A DNA stretch of 64,000 nt from contig OZ242214.1 in NCBI GenBank assembly GCA_965206595.1, positions 3,392,001 to 3,456,000 of the forward strand, read 5' to 3'. The notes beneath the pieces are model-generated. The model saw only the letters and a program-made list of their open reading frames with translations, did no database searches and was not told the DNA's origin. Shown here piece by piece: positions 50,543 through 62,910 of the stretch (position 1 is the first letter of the stretch; each line of letters begins with the position of its first letter). The DNA is from Candidatus Latescibacterota bacterium. GTDB lineage: Bacteria; Latescibacterota; UBA2968; UBA8231. The position numbers were made by a program, and so were the translations under genes.

Positions 50543-50949
50543 TGCGTTTTCCAGTTGTGATTCACAAAGACGAAGAAACCGGATATGGAGTTACCGTGCC
50601 GGATCTGCCCGGATGCTTCTCGGCCGGAGATACACTCGAAGAGGCTATCGAGTCCGCTCACGAGGCCATCGCCTGCCATATCGAGGGATTGCTCATGGAC
50701 GGCGAGCCGGTACCCGAGCAAGCGCCGCTCGAGGTACACCAAGCCAACGAGGACGGGGATGGGATCTGGGCGCTGGTTTCAGTCGACATCTCCAAGCTGT
50801 CGAGCAAGGCAAGGCGGATCAACATCACCGTGCCGGCCCGGGTGCTGGCCATCGTGGACGAGGCCGCGGCCCGGGAGGGGGAGACGCGGTCCGGGCTGCT
50901 CGCACGGGCTGCCCTCAGCTATGTGCAGCGGCGATCGACGGGCACTTAG
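50542..50949 (+). CDS. hicB: HicB antitoxin
   Basis: YGVTVPDLPGCFSAGDT.EEA; RINITVP ribbon-helix-helix; TRSGLL. Confidence 0.92.
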   Translation: MRFPVVIHKDEETGYGVTVPDLPGCFSAGDTLEEAIESAHEAIACHIEGLLMDGEPVPEQAPLEVHQANEDGDGIWALVSVDISKLSSKARRINITVPARVLAIVDEAAAREGETRSGLLARAALSYVQRRSTGT

Positions 50950-50970
50950 GCCGAAGGAGAACTGCCAGTA

Positions 50971-52083
50971 ATGAATGAAAAGCCGATTCGCTTCGGCATC
51001 ATCGGCGCGGTGCGCCGCGGCGGCAGCTTCGCCAACGGCCTTCAGGCCAACCCGGCCGCGGCCATCACCGCGCTCTGCGACATCGCCGAAGAGGAGCTTG
51101 CCGAGACCGCGTCCGGTCTCGGCGTCGAGCGGACCTTCACCGACGCCGAGGCGATGCTCGACGCCGGGCTCATCGACGCCGTGGTGATCGGCACCCCGAT
51201 GCCGCTCCACGCGCCCCAGGCGGTCATGGCCCTCGAGCGCGGCATCCACGTCCTCAGCGAGGTTACCGCCGGGGTCTCCCTGGAGGAGTGCGAGGGGCTC
51301 GTGCGCGCCGCCCGGCGCAGCAGCGCGGTCTACATGATGGGGGAGAATTTCACCTACATGAAGCCGAACGTCATCGTCCGGGAGATCGCTGTCCGCGGCC
51401 TGTTCGGCGACCTCTACTACGCCGAGGGGGCCTACATACACGAGCTCAAGCAGCTCAACGAGATCACCCGCTGGCGGCGGCGCTGGCAGACCGGCGTCAA
51501 CGCCTGCACCTATCCCACCCACAGCCTCGGTCCGGTGCTGCAGTGGTTCGCCCCGCACCGGGTGGTTTCGGTCTGCGCGGTCGGCAGCGGCCACCACCAC
51601 CGCGACCCGCGCGGCGATCAGTACGAGATGGAGGACTCCGTCACCATGATGTGCCGCCTGTCGAACGGCGGCCTCGCGCACATCCGGGTCGACATGCTCT
51701 CCGACCGGCCGCACAACATGACCCACTACGCCCTGCAGGGGACCGACGGCTCCTACGAGTCATCCGACGGGTTCAGGGGAGTCGGCAAAATCTGGCTGCG
51801 CAGCCGCAGCGAGACCCCCGTCTGGGAAGCCCTCGAGGACCTCGAGGAGGAGTTCCTGCCGGAGTTCTGGAAGCATCCCCCCGAAGAGGCGGTCCGGGCC
51901 GGACACGGCGGCGGCGACTACTGGCAGGTCCAGGACTTCGTCACCGCGGTCCGGGAGGGGAGCGAGCCCCCCATCGGCATCGATCAGGCGATGGACATGA
52001 CCCTGCCGGGCCTGGTGAGCCAGCAGTCGATCGCCGCGGGCTCCATCTGGGTCGACGTCCCGGATTCCCGGGACTGGAAATAG
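50971..52083 (+). CDS. Gfo/Idh/MocA oxidoreductase
   Basis: IRFGIIG, DAVVIGTP..LH, HVLSEV, YPTHSLGP, GHGGGD. Confidence 0.88.
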   Translation: MNEKPIRFGIIGAVRRGGSFANGLQANPAAAITALCDIAEEELAETASGLGVERTFTDAEAMLDAGLIDAVVIGTPMPLHAPQAVMALERGIHVLSEVTAGVSLEECEGLVRAARRSSAVYMMGENFTYMKPNVIVREIAVRGLFGDLYYAEGAYIHELKQLNEITRWRRRWQTGVNACTYPTHSLGPVLQWFAPHRVVSVCAVGSGHHHRDPRGDQYEMEDSVTMMCRLSNGGLAHIRVDMLSDRPHNMTHYALQGTDGSYESSDGFRGVGKIWLRSRSETPVWEALEDLEEEFLPEFWKHPPEEAVRAGHGGGDYWQVQDFVTAVREGSEPPIGIDQAMDMTLPGLVSQQSIAAGSIWVDVPDSRDWK

Positions 52084-52296
52084 GCATCCCAAACAGTTGA
52101 TGACGGTCGGAGAGGGGGGGTTCTGAGGCGGCAGGGGGAGGCCGATATACGCCGCGCGGCAGGAGGGCGGTACAGCCGCAGTTAGACCCCGTGAGAAAGG
52201 GTTTTACGAAAAAGGGAGATGGGATGTCTTGCCCTTACCCTCAAATGAAGGCCACTCCAAAATCGAAGTAAGGGTTTTCATCCCATCTCCCGATAC

Positions 52297-52334
52297 AAAA
52301 GGGACGGAGGGGGTAATCTGCCTCCCCTCCGTCC
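52297..52334 (-). terminator. intrinsic terminator of the giant FN3 gene
   Basis: 11-bp stem GGACGGAGGGG / CCCCTCCGTCC followed by a T tract on the minus strand. Confidence 0.7.
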
Positions 52335-55300
52335 GGTACCAACTACTTGAGCAACAGCATCTTTTTGACCTTACCAAAGTCTCCTGCCTGCAAGCGGTAC
52401 AGGTAGATCCCCGAAGACACCGCTTGGCCGCGGTCGTTGGTCGCGTCCCACGTGAAGGCATAACGACCTGCACTCTGACGCCCGGCCACCAGGGTTCGCA
52501 CCGCCTGGCCGAGTGCATTGTAGATAACCAGGTCCACATCCGACGCCCGGGGAAGCGCATATTTGATCGTGGTCTCCGGGTTGAACGGGTTCGGGTAGTT
52601 GAACGACAAGGCGTACGTCTCGGGCAGGGTCTCCAACTCCACCGGAGCCGGCAACACCATGTCGTTGACGGCAAAGGCCCCGTCGCGAACCTGGCCCTCG
52701 GTGATCTGGATGAAGCCGGTTTCAAACTCCCTCCGAGCACGCAGGACCAGATCCACCGCCACCGGGCCTTCGGACACGGGGTCCCCGTAGGCGACGATGG
52801 CACGTTTCCCGTCCTCTACGGCCAGCACCTGCGGCGCGGCCAGAGGCCCCTCGCCGAGGCGGTTGTCCGTTGCCACGGCGCGAACCAGCTCCAGCTCCTC
52901 GGCTCGGAACTCAAGCAGGAAGCCGAACCCCTTGAGCAGACCGAAGTCGCTCAGGTGCACGGTCAGGACGAACTCCTCGCCGACCCGCGGCAACGGGACG
53001 CCCCCCTGGAAATCCAGCCGCGTTTCCGGGTTGCCACCCGAGCGCAACGGGGTCGTCTTGGCCACGGCCCCGGTCTGACGACCGAAGTTCTCGGCGAAGA
53101 CGGTGAGCCCGTCGGCGTCCACGGCCTCCTTCGAGGCCAGATCGAACGCCGGTTCCCACTGGGCATTCGCTGCCGTGCTGCCGTAGTGATCGGCGAGGTG
53201 GAAGTAGTCGTCGAACCCGACGCGCTCATCGGCGCCGAACAAGCCCTGGATGGCCTGTCCGTTGACGTCTACAACCTCGTTGCGGATGGCCATGGCCGAG
53301 CGTTCCTCCGAGGCGGTCTCGTTGTCCTCATCGAAGGCGGCCACCGTGTAGGTGAACCGCTCCCCGTTGGCGACCGTCGAATCGACGAAGGCGGTGTCGC
53401 CGGCCACGACCGTCCCGAGGAGGGCAAACCTCTCCTCGGTTTCGGCCGGCTTGCGGTAGACGCGATAGCCCAACACCCCGGGGACCCGGTCAGAGACCAC
53501 CGGACCGATCGCACCGGTGACCCGGCGGCTGACCTGCTGGTCGGACGGCGAGGCCGTCCACGACAGGACAATGCGGCCCCCGTCGTCGTCGGCCGCGTCG
53601 AGCGCCTGGAAAGACGCCACCGCCTCCGGGGCGGTGTTGTCCACGGCGCGTACCGGCTCGGCCCGGGCAACCGAGGACCGCAGGATCACATCGGGCTGTT
53701 GCGGTTGAGGTTCCACCGACATCGGTGTGGTCACCTGGGCATCTCCGCCCAGGGTCAGCTCCAGGGAGATGCAGCCGCCCGGATTGAGTGGAATGCTGTT
53801 CCACTGGCCTACCACACTGCCGCCGGCGTCGAGGACGCGGGCCCGGTAAAAACCGCCGCGGCTGACCTCATTGGAGACGGTCAGCCTCACCTGCCCACTC
53901 GCGTCGGCTTCTCCCTTCCAGAGGAAATTGGACGAGCGCAGCTCGAACAGACCCCGGTACACCTCGACGGTCAGGCCGGCGGCCTGCTCGCCCAGGACCA
54001 CGATCCGGACACAACTCTCATCCTCCATGTCCTCGTCCATGTCCTCGTCGGCGGGGACCCCGCCGCGCTGGGCAACAATGCCCCAGCCGGTGGACACCGT
54101 GTCGAGCGTCGCCACCACGGCGCGGCCCTCCATGGCGTCCGGATCTGCACTCACCCAGGCCCACTCGGTGCCCGGCGAGGCGGCCTCGGCCTGCTCGCGG
54201 AAAATGCGGTAGCCATCCAGGATCGAATGATCCACCGACAGATCCCACGTCAGCAGAAGGAATCCGCCCTCGTCGTCGGGGTGGTCGGCTGCCACCAGTT
54301 GGTCGGGCGCATCCAGAGGACGCACGACAACCGACTCGGACTGGCTCAGGGTGCGTTGGGCATCCCGGAGGGTCACAACCAGCTCCTCCGCAGGCGAATC
54401 GGAGCGCACCCAGAACCGCCCCATACCCTCACTCAAGCGCACCGACGGCGACAAACCGACCCCTTCCTGATTGGCCGAAAGGCTCAGCGAAAGGTCGTCG
54501 CCGACGCGCACGTTGCCGTAGCGGTCGAGCACCGAGACGTCGCCCCAGTACAGCTGGCTCACCGTCAGGGTGTCGGGCAGGCCGGTGACCCGGAGACGGT
54601 CACGGACCTCCGGGTTGTAGACGATCCGGGGCGCCAGGGTGGCTACCGGCTCGCCTTCAGCATCCACAAGGGCCACCGACAGGGTGTCGATGCCCACCGT
54701 GTCCCTCAACACCACGGTGCGTTGCCCCTCCGACCAGGACTCGGCATCCAGCTGGGCCCGGCCTTCACCCTGATCGGTTACGCCTTGCCCGCTCAAGGTG
54801 ACTCCCCGACCTCCGGTTACCTGGAGGACATAGGAGACGGACTCGGTAACCGACAGGGTCAGGGTCACTTCCTGGCCGGCGTCCAGATGCGCGGCCGGGT
54901 CCAGACCCAGGCCCCCCTGCTGCGGCTGGCTGCCTCGCGGCTGCTGCGCATTGGCGCCGCGGGCTTCCCCTTTCAGGACACCCACGATCCTGTTGGGGGA
55001 CTGAACCGACACTACCACCGTGTCCGGCATCGAGCTCAGTTTACCGTCGCTGACCGTCAGGGAGAAGGAGACGACCCCCGGCGCGGTGGCCGTGAACGAG
55101 GGACCAATCGTCGCCAAATCGCTCAACGTCACCGAAGCCCCCGAAATCTGGCTCCAGGCGTATTCCAGCGAGCCCTTCTCCGGGTCCTGGCTGCCGCTGC
55201 CGTCCAGCGTCACCTCGGCTCCGGTGGTCACCGACTGGTCCGGGCCCGAATCGGCCGTCGGGGCCTCGTTGGGCATGGTCGGCTGAGGGGTACCGGTGAG

Positions 55301-56047
55301 CTCGTCGGAGGACGGGCCGTCGCCGTGCTCGTTGAAAGCGAGCACCCGCACCGTGTATTCGGTCTCGTGACTCAGGTCCGGGATGGTATGGAATATCCAC
55401 GTGAGCGGGCCGGTAGCGGTGTCTTCGCGGGCCGAGGCATACGACTCCGACCCGGATTTCCACTGCACTTTGTACCCGGTCACCGATCCCTTGTAGCCGG
55501 CTTTGGCCAGCGAGAGCCAGCGAACCTGAAGCCCGCCATCGACCGCATTCAGGCTGACATGGTTCACTATAGGCGGCGTCAAAACCGCAGGCGGTTTGGC
55601 GGCCGGGGGCTGCGTCGGCTGCGTGGGCTGCTGCGGCTGCGTGGGCTGCTGCCGAGGTGGCTGAGGCCGCGGCGTAGGCGCCCTCCGAGGAGTTCCCATA
55701 GCCTCTGAGGCCTCTCCCTTGAACTCATCCAAGGTAGCAGTCACTCGTACCATGTACTGTGTACCCGCTGTCAGGCTCGAAAGCGTGGTTCTCAGTCCGG
55801 AGGGGACCTCGCGGCTGCGGCTGGGATCCCAGGTCTGATCTCCCGACTTCCACTCGACCGTGTAGCCGGTGGCGTCAGGAACTGCGTCCCAGGATACCGT
55901 GAGGGCTCCTACGCTGGCAGCCGCCCGCACGTTGGCCACCTGACCCAGCGTCGGGCTGCCTGGTTTTTCTACTGAGGGCAGGCCGTCGAATGAAGCCACG
56001 ATAGCAATCACCTCCACCGTGTACTCGGTACCTGGCAGCAGATTCTT

Positions 56048-56429
56048 AATCGTATGACTTGTAGCGGTCGCCGGGTTCGGCGTGGCTTCGCGATTGTCCG
56101 TTGCGGCGTCATCGAACGTCTCCGATCCCGACTTCCACCGCACCTTATAGCTGTCGACCCCAGGAACCGCGGTCCACGATACCACGAGCTGCCGCGGGCC
56201 GGGAACCACCTCCACGTTCGCCACCTGGGGCGCCTGATCCATCGGCGTTCCGTAGGCCGGATCTGATGGCTCGGGGCCTTCCCCGGCCACGATAGCGATC
56301 ACCCGCACCGTGTACTCGGTGTCCGTCGTCAGAGGCCGAATCGTATGACTTGTTGCGGTCGCCGGGCTCGGCGTGGCTTCGCGATTGTCCGTTGCGGCGT
56401 CATCGAACGTCTCCGATCCCGACTTCCAC
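56048..56429. repeat. 91-bp direct repeat with 2 mismatches between adjacent FN3 domains
   Basis: 56048-56138 versus 56339-56429. Confidence 0.8.
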
Positions 56430-59400
56430 TGCACCTTGTAGCCGGTGGCCCCGGTGACCGTGACCGGGTCCCATGATACCGCCAACTGCTGCGGGCCGGG
56501 AGTCACCACCACGTTCGCTACCTGGCCCACAGCGAGTTCCTTCGGAGTGCCTTCTGCTTCCACTGAGGGCGTTCCGTCGCCGCTCGCGTTGTAGGCGATC
56601 ACTCGCACCGTGTACTCGGTGGCCGCCGTCAGGTCCTCAATCGTATACCTCGTCCCCGTAATCTCCGAGACTTCGCGGTCGTCGGTTGCAGCATTATCGA
56701 ACGTCTCCTCCGACCCCAACTTCCACTGCACCTTGTATTCGTCCGCCCCGTCTACCTCGGGCCACGACAGCAGGAGCTTCTTCACGCCTTCCATCACCGT
56801 CACCGGCCCCGCCTGACCTGGCCTGGTCAGACCTGTGAGGGGGGGGTCGGAAGGCATGCCGTCGTCCTCTTCCGCGTTGTTGAGGTTGCTATGGTCCAAG
56901 GTGGCGATCACCTGCACGTCGTACTCGGTGGCCGGGTCCAGCCCCATAATCGTATATGGAGGTTCGGCCGGCCTGGCTTCGCGGTCAGTACCGAACGTCG
57001 GCTCCGACTCCTTCTTCCACTGCACCTTGTATCCCAAGGCCCCGTCGACCAGGTCCCAGGTAACCGTGAGCTGGCCCGGGGCTTCGGCCGTAACCGACCT
57101 CAAGGTCGGCATGCCCGGCAAGGGTGTGCCGCTATCCTCAGCGGGCGGTCCCTCGCCGCCGTCGTTTGAACCCGCAACCTGAACCGAGTACTGCGTGCCG
57201 GCCGTCAAACCCGGAATCGGATACTCCAGCTCAGAAATCCCCGTGGCTTCGCGTCGGTCCCTTGCCGCCGTATCGAACGTCTCCTCCGTCCCCGACTTCC
57301 ACCGCACGATATAGTCCTTGGCCCCGGCTGCCTCTTTCCACGTCACCACGAGCTCCCCGGCGCCGGGCTTCACCATCAAGTCCGCTACCGCGCCCGGCTG
57401 GGGCGTGGTTGACTTTGTATCTGAGGGCTCGCCCTCAACCCCATTGATTTCGGCGAAAACCTGCACAGAGTACTCGGCGCCCGAATCCATCATCATGCCC
57501 GCGCTGGCACTCAGAAAATCCTCTTGAAATACAACGGTTATTCTTCCAGAGGGCTCGGTAGTTGTATACTCGCCGGTAGAACCCTGAAGATCTCCAGGGT
57601 TAGTACCATCTACAGCTGCTATACAGCGCTTGTCACTGTACTCCTGCGACCCCGACTTCCACTGCACCAAGTACTTTACTGTGGCACTGCTGGCCCCCTG
57701 CTCGGCAAGCCTCGGCCATTTTACCGTGAGCGTCGCCTCGCCGGGCTCCACATCCACCCCCGTCACCTGGGCGGGTACCGGCGTGCCGGAACCCCCCCTA
57801 GCGTCAGCATGCGAGGCTTTTCCGGTGCCCGCCGGCCGAGCAGAAAAACCTTCCGCAGCATCCATAACAGCAGGGAAATCACTCGCCTCGCCTACGGCGT
57901 ACACCCGAACCATGTGCTCGGTGCCAGGAACCAGGTTTTCAATCGTATACGTTCTCGAACTGCTGCTCACCCGGCGAGTGTTACCCGTCGTCTCGGGGTC
58001 ATCGGCCGACTGAGGGTCGTAAGCATCATTTCCTGATTTCCACTGCACATGGTAGTGTGTGGCATCCGAGACAGCGTTCCACGATACCTCGAGCTCCTCC
58101 ACACCGGGCGTCACCTCCACCATCGCCACCCGGGTGGCTTCCCGGGTCGGCGCAGTGATTTCCAATGGTGGATCTGAGGGGAGTCCATTGCCCCCGGCGT
58201 TGGTGGCGTACACCCGTACATGGACGTCACTACTCAGAGAGGGAAACGTGTAAGAGGTAGGAGACGAAGGCACATTGTCCTTTTCACTCCGGTCCCACAC
58301 CGACTGCAATTGCGGCTTCCACTCCACTATGTATTCATCCACCACCTCATCCTCATTCGTGGGCGCATTCCACGTTATTGTGACCTCCCCCTCACCGGGG
58401 CCAACGGTTACATCGCCCGGAGAAGAAGGAAATACAACTTGGGATGGCTTCGTCGTGCCGGTGGCTGGGTCTGAGGGAGTGCCATCGTCGGCGGCGGTAT
58501 TGTCGCTGGTGGGATCGTTCGTGGCGATCACCCTCACCATGTACTCGGTGCCCGCCGTCAGAGCACCATCCCCACTCGGGATCCCATCCCCAATCGTAAG
58601 GCTCGTTTCGGACGTTGTTTCTTGGCGGTCCGCTGCGAAGTTATCGGTCCCCGACTTCCACTGCACCTTGTAGCCAGTGGGAGCCCGGTCCGGCGCGGTC
58701 CACGATATCTGGAGCCTGCCCCCATCCGGCGGATTCGTCACCGTTGGCTCCCCCACCTGAGCCGGCTTAGGCGTTCCCATGGCCTCAACAGTACCAAGGT
58801 CTACAACGTTTGGAACGTCCGCCTCCGTGTCCTCCATGGGCGTTCTGTCGCGGTTCGCGTTCTCGGCGACCACCCGCACCGTGTACTGGGTGCCCGGGTC
58901 CAGAGGCTCAATCGTATAACAGGCTTCCTCCACTACAGCTTGGCGAGTCGAGCCGTAGTCCTGATTACCCGACTTCCATTGCACCACGTATTTCGCCGCC
59001 CCCACGACCTCTTCCGCGTCCTCATCATCGAGCAGGTCCGGGTCCCACACTACATCCAGCTTATTCGCCCCGGCGGTCACCGCCTCGTCAATTTCGGACA
59101 ATGGGATGTGTGCCGGCGCCGGCATGCCTGATACTTCATCGGCTTCGCCGTCGCCGCCGATTTCGTCCGTGTCCTTCTCGCTCGTGGCGACCACCCGCAC
59201 CGTGTACTCCTTGCGCGCATCCAGACCATCAAGGGTGGATGACGCAAAATTTGCTTTCTCGATCGTATAACTAGTCAGTGGTGGGTCACCTGTCACCAGG
59301 AATTCGCGGTGGGGGTCGTTCGCTTCCTCCGGGTCGTTCTTGAGGTAGTCCGGCTCGTCTTCCGACTTCCACTGTACCTTGTAACTCTCCGCCCCCAGGA

Positions 59401-61740
59401 CCGGGTTCCACACAACCCTAAGTTTCTCCTCCCAGGAAGCCACCTTCACGCCCATCACCTTGGCCGGCAAAAGGCGTTGGGAGACGCCCTCCGACGCAGT
59501 CCCCTTGACGTCCTTCGCGTTTTCAGCAGTCACCCGCACCCGGTAATCGGTGCCCACCTTCAACCCCGTCCGAATCGCATACTCCGTCCCAGACTGCGCC
59601 GGGGACTTACTGATTTTATTATCCGTATCTGGATCCGGGAAACTTGCTTCTTCAGCGATCCACTCCACCACGTATTTGGTGGCCCCAAGTGCCTCCTTCC
59701 AACTTACCACGAACTGCTCCACGCTGGGCACCACCTTCACTTCCATCACCTGGGCCGGAGTCGGCGTGCCTGTTGCGGTCGTTGAGGCCTCGCCGTCGCC
59801 GCCTTGGTTGGTGGCGATCACCCGCACCGTGTACTCGGCACCCGTCAGGTCGGGTATTTCATGGGTAAAGGAGGAGCTGCCGTCGTCATCCACCTCTGCT
59901 TCGCGTTCGTCGGTTGCCGCATTCTCGAAGCTCTTCGACCCCGACTTCCACTGGACCTTGTAGCCGGTGGCCCCCTCTACCTCGTTCCACGAGACGGTGA
60001 GCATCCCTCCTTCGCCGGCAGTCACGGGGGTGGCCCCGAGCGTCACCTGATCCGGCCTGGTCGTGCTCCTGACCGCCTCTGAGGGTTCGCCGTCGTCGCC
60101 GGCCAGCACCGCCACCCTGTACCCGGTGCCCCACTCCAGAACATCATCATCCGTAGCATCATCATCCGTCTTGGCGCGAATCCTATAACTCCTCCCAGCA
60201 ATACCCGAGGCTTCACCTATTTGGTCAGTCTCAGCTGCTTCGGCGTATGTCGCGGTGGTTCCCGTCCACCACTGCACCGTATAGCTCGTGGCCCCCAGGA
60301 CCGGGTCCCAGTTCACCCCAAGCTCGAGGCCGGAGCCGGAAGTCACCGTCACGCCCGTCACCTGGCCGACCTTCGGGGGTTGAGGGATTACAGGTCGCTC
60401 TGTTGAGGCCTGCCCAGGGCCCCCATCGCTTGAGGCGTACACCCGCACCCAGTACTGGGTGCCTACATCCTCAATCGGAATCCTCAAAGGATAGGTTGCC
60501 GTGTACAGTTCCGTCTCAATTCTCTGCTGGGTCGGCGGAATATCCGAGAACTGTTCCGAGTCCTTCCTCCACTCCACCGTGTACTCGTTGGCTCCCGGGA
60601 CCTCCGCCCACCATACCCGGAGCTCCTTCGGGCCGTCCGTCACGTTGATGGCGGGGAGGTTCACCTGGCCCGGAATTGGTGTTTCGGAGACCCCATCGTC
60701 CTCTTCATGCGAGGGCGTGCCGTCGCCCCCGTCGCCGGGGTCAGCGGCTTGGCCGCCATCGTTCGAGGCGATCACCCGCACCGTGTACTCCTTGTCCGCC
60801 GACAAAGAAGCCTGACCATCCCCAATCGTTAGACTCGTTCCAGACCTTGTTTCTTCTTCGCGGTCCTCTGCTGGGTTTGGCGGCTCAGACGCAGCCTCGA
60901 ACTCCTCCGACTCCGACCTCCACTGCACCTTGTACTTCGTTGCCCCGGGGACCCCCGTCCACCGTACCGTGAGCTGATTCGCCTCCTCATTGTTCACCGA
61001 CACGCTCGCCGGATTCACTTGGCCCGGTGCCGGCAGGTTGGCCGTATCCTCGTCCGAGAAATCTCCGTTGCCGTGGTCGTTTATTGCCCTCACCTGCACC
61101 GTGTACTGGCTGGCCGCCGATAGCTCGTCAATGTCCAAACTGGTTTCAGGTGCGTCCTCCTCCTGTCGGCGTTCCTGGTCGTACCGCTGCGTCCCTGTCT
61201 TCCACTCCACTTGGTATTTCGTGGCACCGTCTACCGGATCCCACGATACCTCAAGAGTATTCGGCTTCGACTTCACCGTCACATTCATCACTCGAGCCGG
61301 TGCCGGCGTGGCCATTTCCTCCCCCGAGGGCATTCCGAGCTGGGCTCCGCCAGGATAGCCACCATTTCTGGCGGTCACCCGCACGGTGTACTCGGTGTCG
61401 CCGCTCAGGCCATCCTCATCTGAAGCATCTGAACCAATTTCATACTCATATCGGGCAGGCTCAGGATCGGCCGTTAGCTCCAGGCGGTAACGCGAACTGG
61501 CAGAGGCAGACTCCTCCTTGTACTTCTGCACCCCCGACTTCCACTCCACTACGTAGTGCGTGGCCCCAGCTACCTTGTCCCACTCTACGGTGAGCTTCGC
61601 CGAGCCGGAAGTCAGCACCACATTCTCCACCTTGCCCGGATACGGCCGGAGGGGGGCCGCCTGCCCGTAGGGGGTGACGTAGTAGTCGCCGTTCTGGTCC
61701 TTGGCGAAAACCTGCACCTCGTACTCCTTGTCTCCCCCTA

Positions 61741-62907
61741 GTGTCATGTCGTGTAATTAACTGTACAAACAATTGAAAGTGCCGTAGGTTTCCCTTATCC
61801 CCCTTCTGAAAGGAGAGACCTATGGTGACGGGGCGTCCATTAACGCCGTTAGAGCTGAGTCCGTCGGACCGGGAACGACTGGAATCGATGGCCAAATCAC
61901 GAAGTCTTCCCCACGGATTGGTGCGGCGAGCCGAGATGGTGCTGCTGGCCGCCGATGGCTGGCCCAATGAAGCGGTCGCTTCCGCGGTGGGTGTGACGCG
62001 AGCTACGGTGGGCAAATGGCGCCGGCGTTTTCTCGACAACGGACTCAATGGCTTGTATGATGAACTACGTTCAGGGGCGCCGCGATCGATCACGGACGAG
62101 CAGGTAGCCGAGGTGGTATACAAGACCCTGAAGACCAAGCCCAAAGACGAAACACAGTGGTCGGTGCGCTCCATGGGCGAAGAAACCGGCCTGACCAAGG
62201 ACGCGGTTCATCGCATTTGGCGCACGTATGGTTTGCAGCCCCATCGACACAAGCGCTTCAAGCTTTCCACCGATCCTTTCTTTGTCGACAAAGTACGGGA
62301 TATCGTCGGCTTGTACCTGAATCCCCCCGAGCACGCCTTGGTGCTGTGCGTGGACGAGAAGAGCCAGATCCAGGCGTTGGAACGAAGTCAGCCCATGCTG
62401 CCCCTGGGACTGGGATACGTGGAAGGGATTACGCACGACTACAAGCGGCACGGCACCACCACCCTGTTTGCCGCCCTGGACATCGCCACCGGGGAAGTGA
62501 TGACCCAGTGCAAGCCCCGTCATCGTCACCAGGAGTTCCTCCAGTTCCTGCGCCACATCGAGGCCAACGTGCCCGCTGACCTCGATATTCATCTCGTCGT
62601 CGACAACTACGCCACGCATAAGCATGCCAAGGTCAAGCGATGGCTGGCACGGCGTCCCCGATTTCACCTTCACTACACTCCCACGTATGCTTCGTGGCTC
62701 AATCAGGTGGAGATCTGGTTCAATATCCTCACCCGCCAGGCGGTTCGGCGCGATTCGTTCCGCAAGGTGTCGGAGCTCATCGAGCGAATCGAACGCTACA
62801 CGGCCAAATGGAACGCCAACGCACACCCTTTCGTCTGGACGGCTACGGCGGATTCCATCCTCGCCAAAATCAAGAGACTTTGTGAACGAATCTCTGCGAC
62901 AGGACAC
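61741..62907 (+). mobile_element. IS630-family element copy B, 1167 bp
   Basis: Ends GTGTCATGTCG / CGACAGGACAC; TA at 61739-61740 and 62908-62909. Confidence 0.92.
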
Positions 62908-62910
62908 TAG
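61822..62910 (+). CDS. IS630 transposase, intact DDE
   Basis: VDEKS, DNYATH, NQVEIWF; the stop TAG uses the target TA. Confidence 0.92.
   Translation: MVTGRPLTPLELSPSDRERLESMAKSRSLPHGLVRRAEMVLLAADGWPNEAVASAVGVTRATVGKWRRRFLDNGLNGLYDELRSGAPRSITDEQVAEVVYKTLKTKPKDETQWSVRSMGEETGLTKDAVHRIWRTYGLQPHRHKRFKLSTDPFFVDKVRDIVGLYLNPPEHALVLCVDEKSQIQALERSQPMLPLGLGYVEGITHDYKRHGTTTLFAALDIATGEVMTQCKPRHRHQEFLQFLRHIEANVPADLDIHLVVDNYATHKHAKVKRWLARRPRFHLHYTPTYASWLNQVEIWFNILTRQAVRRDSFRKVSELIERIERYTAKWNANAHPFVWTATADSILAKIKRLCERISATGH

Noticed and set aside
55700-61700. FN3 repeats as diversity-generating retroelement targets
   Set aside because: No reverse transcriptase and no adenine-specific template/variable repeat pair.
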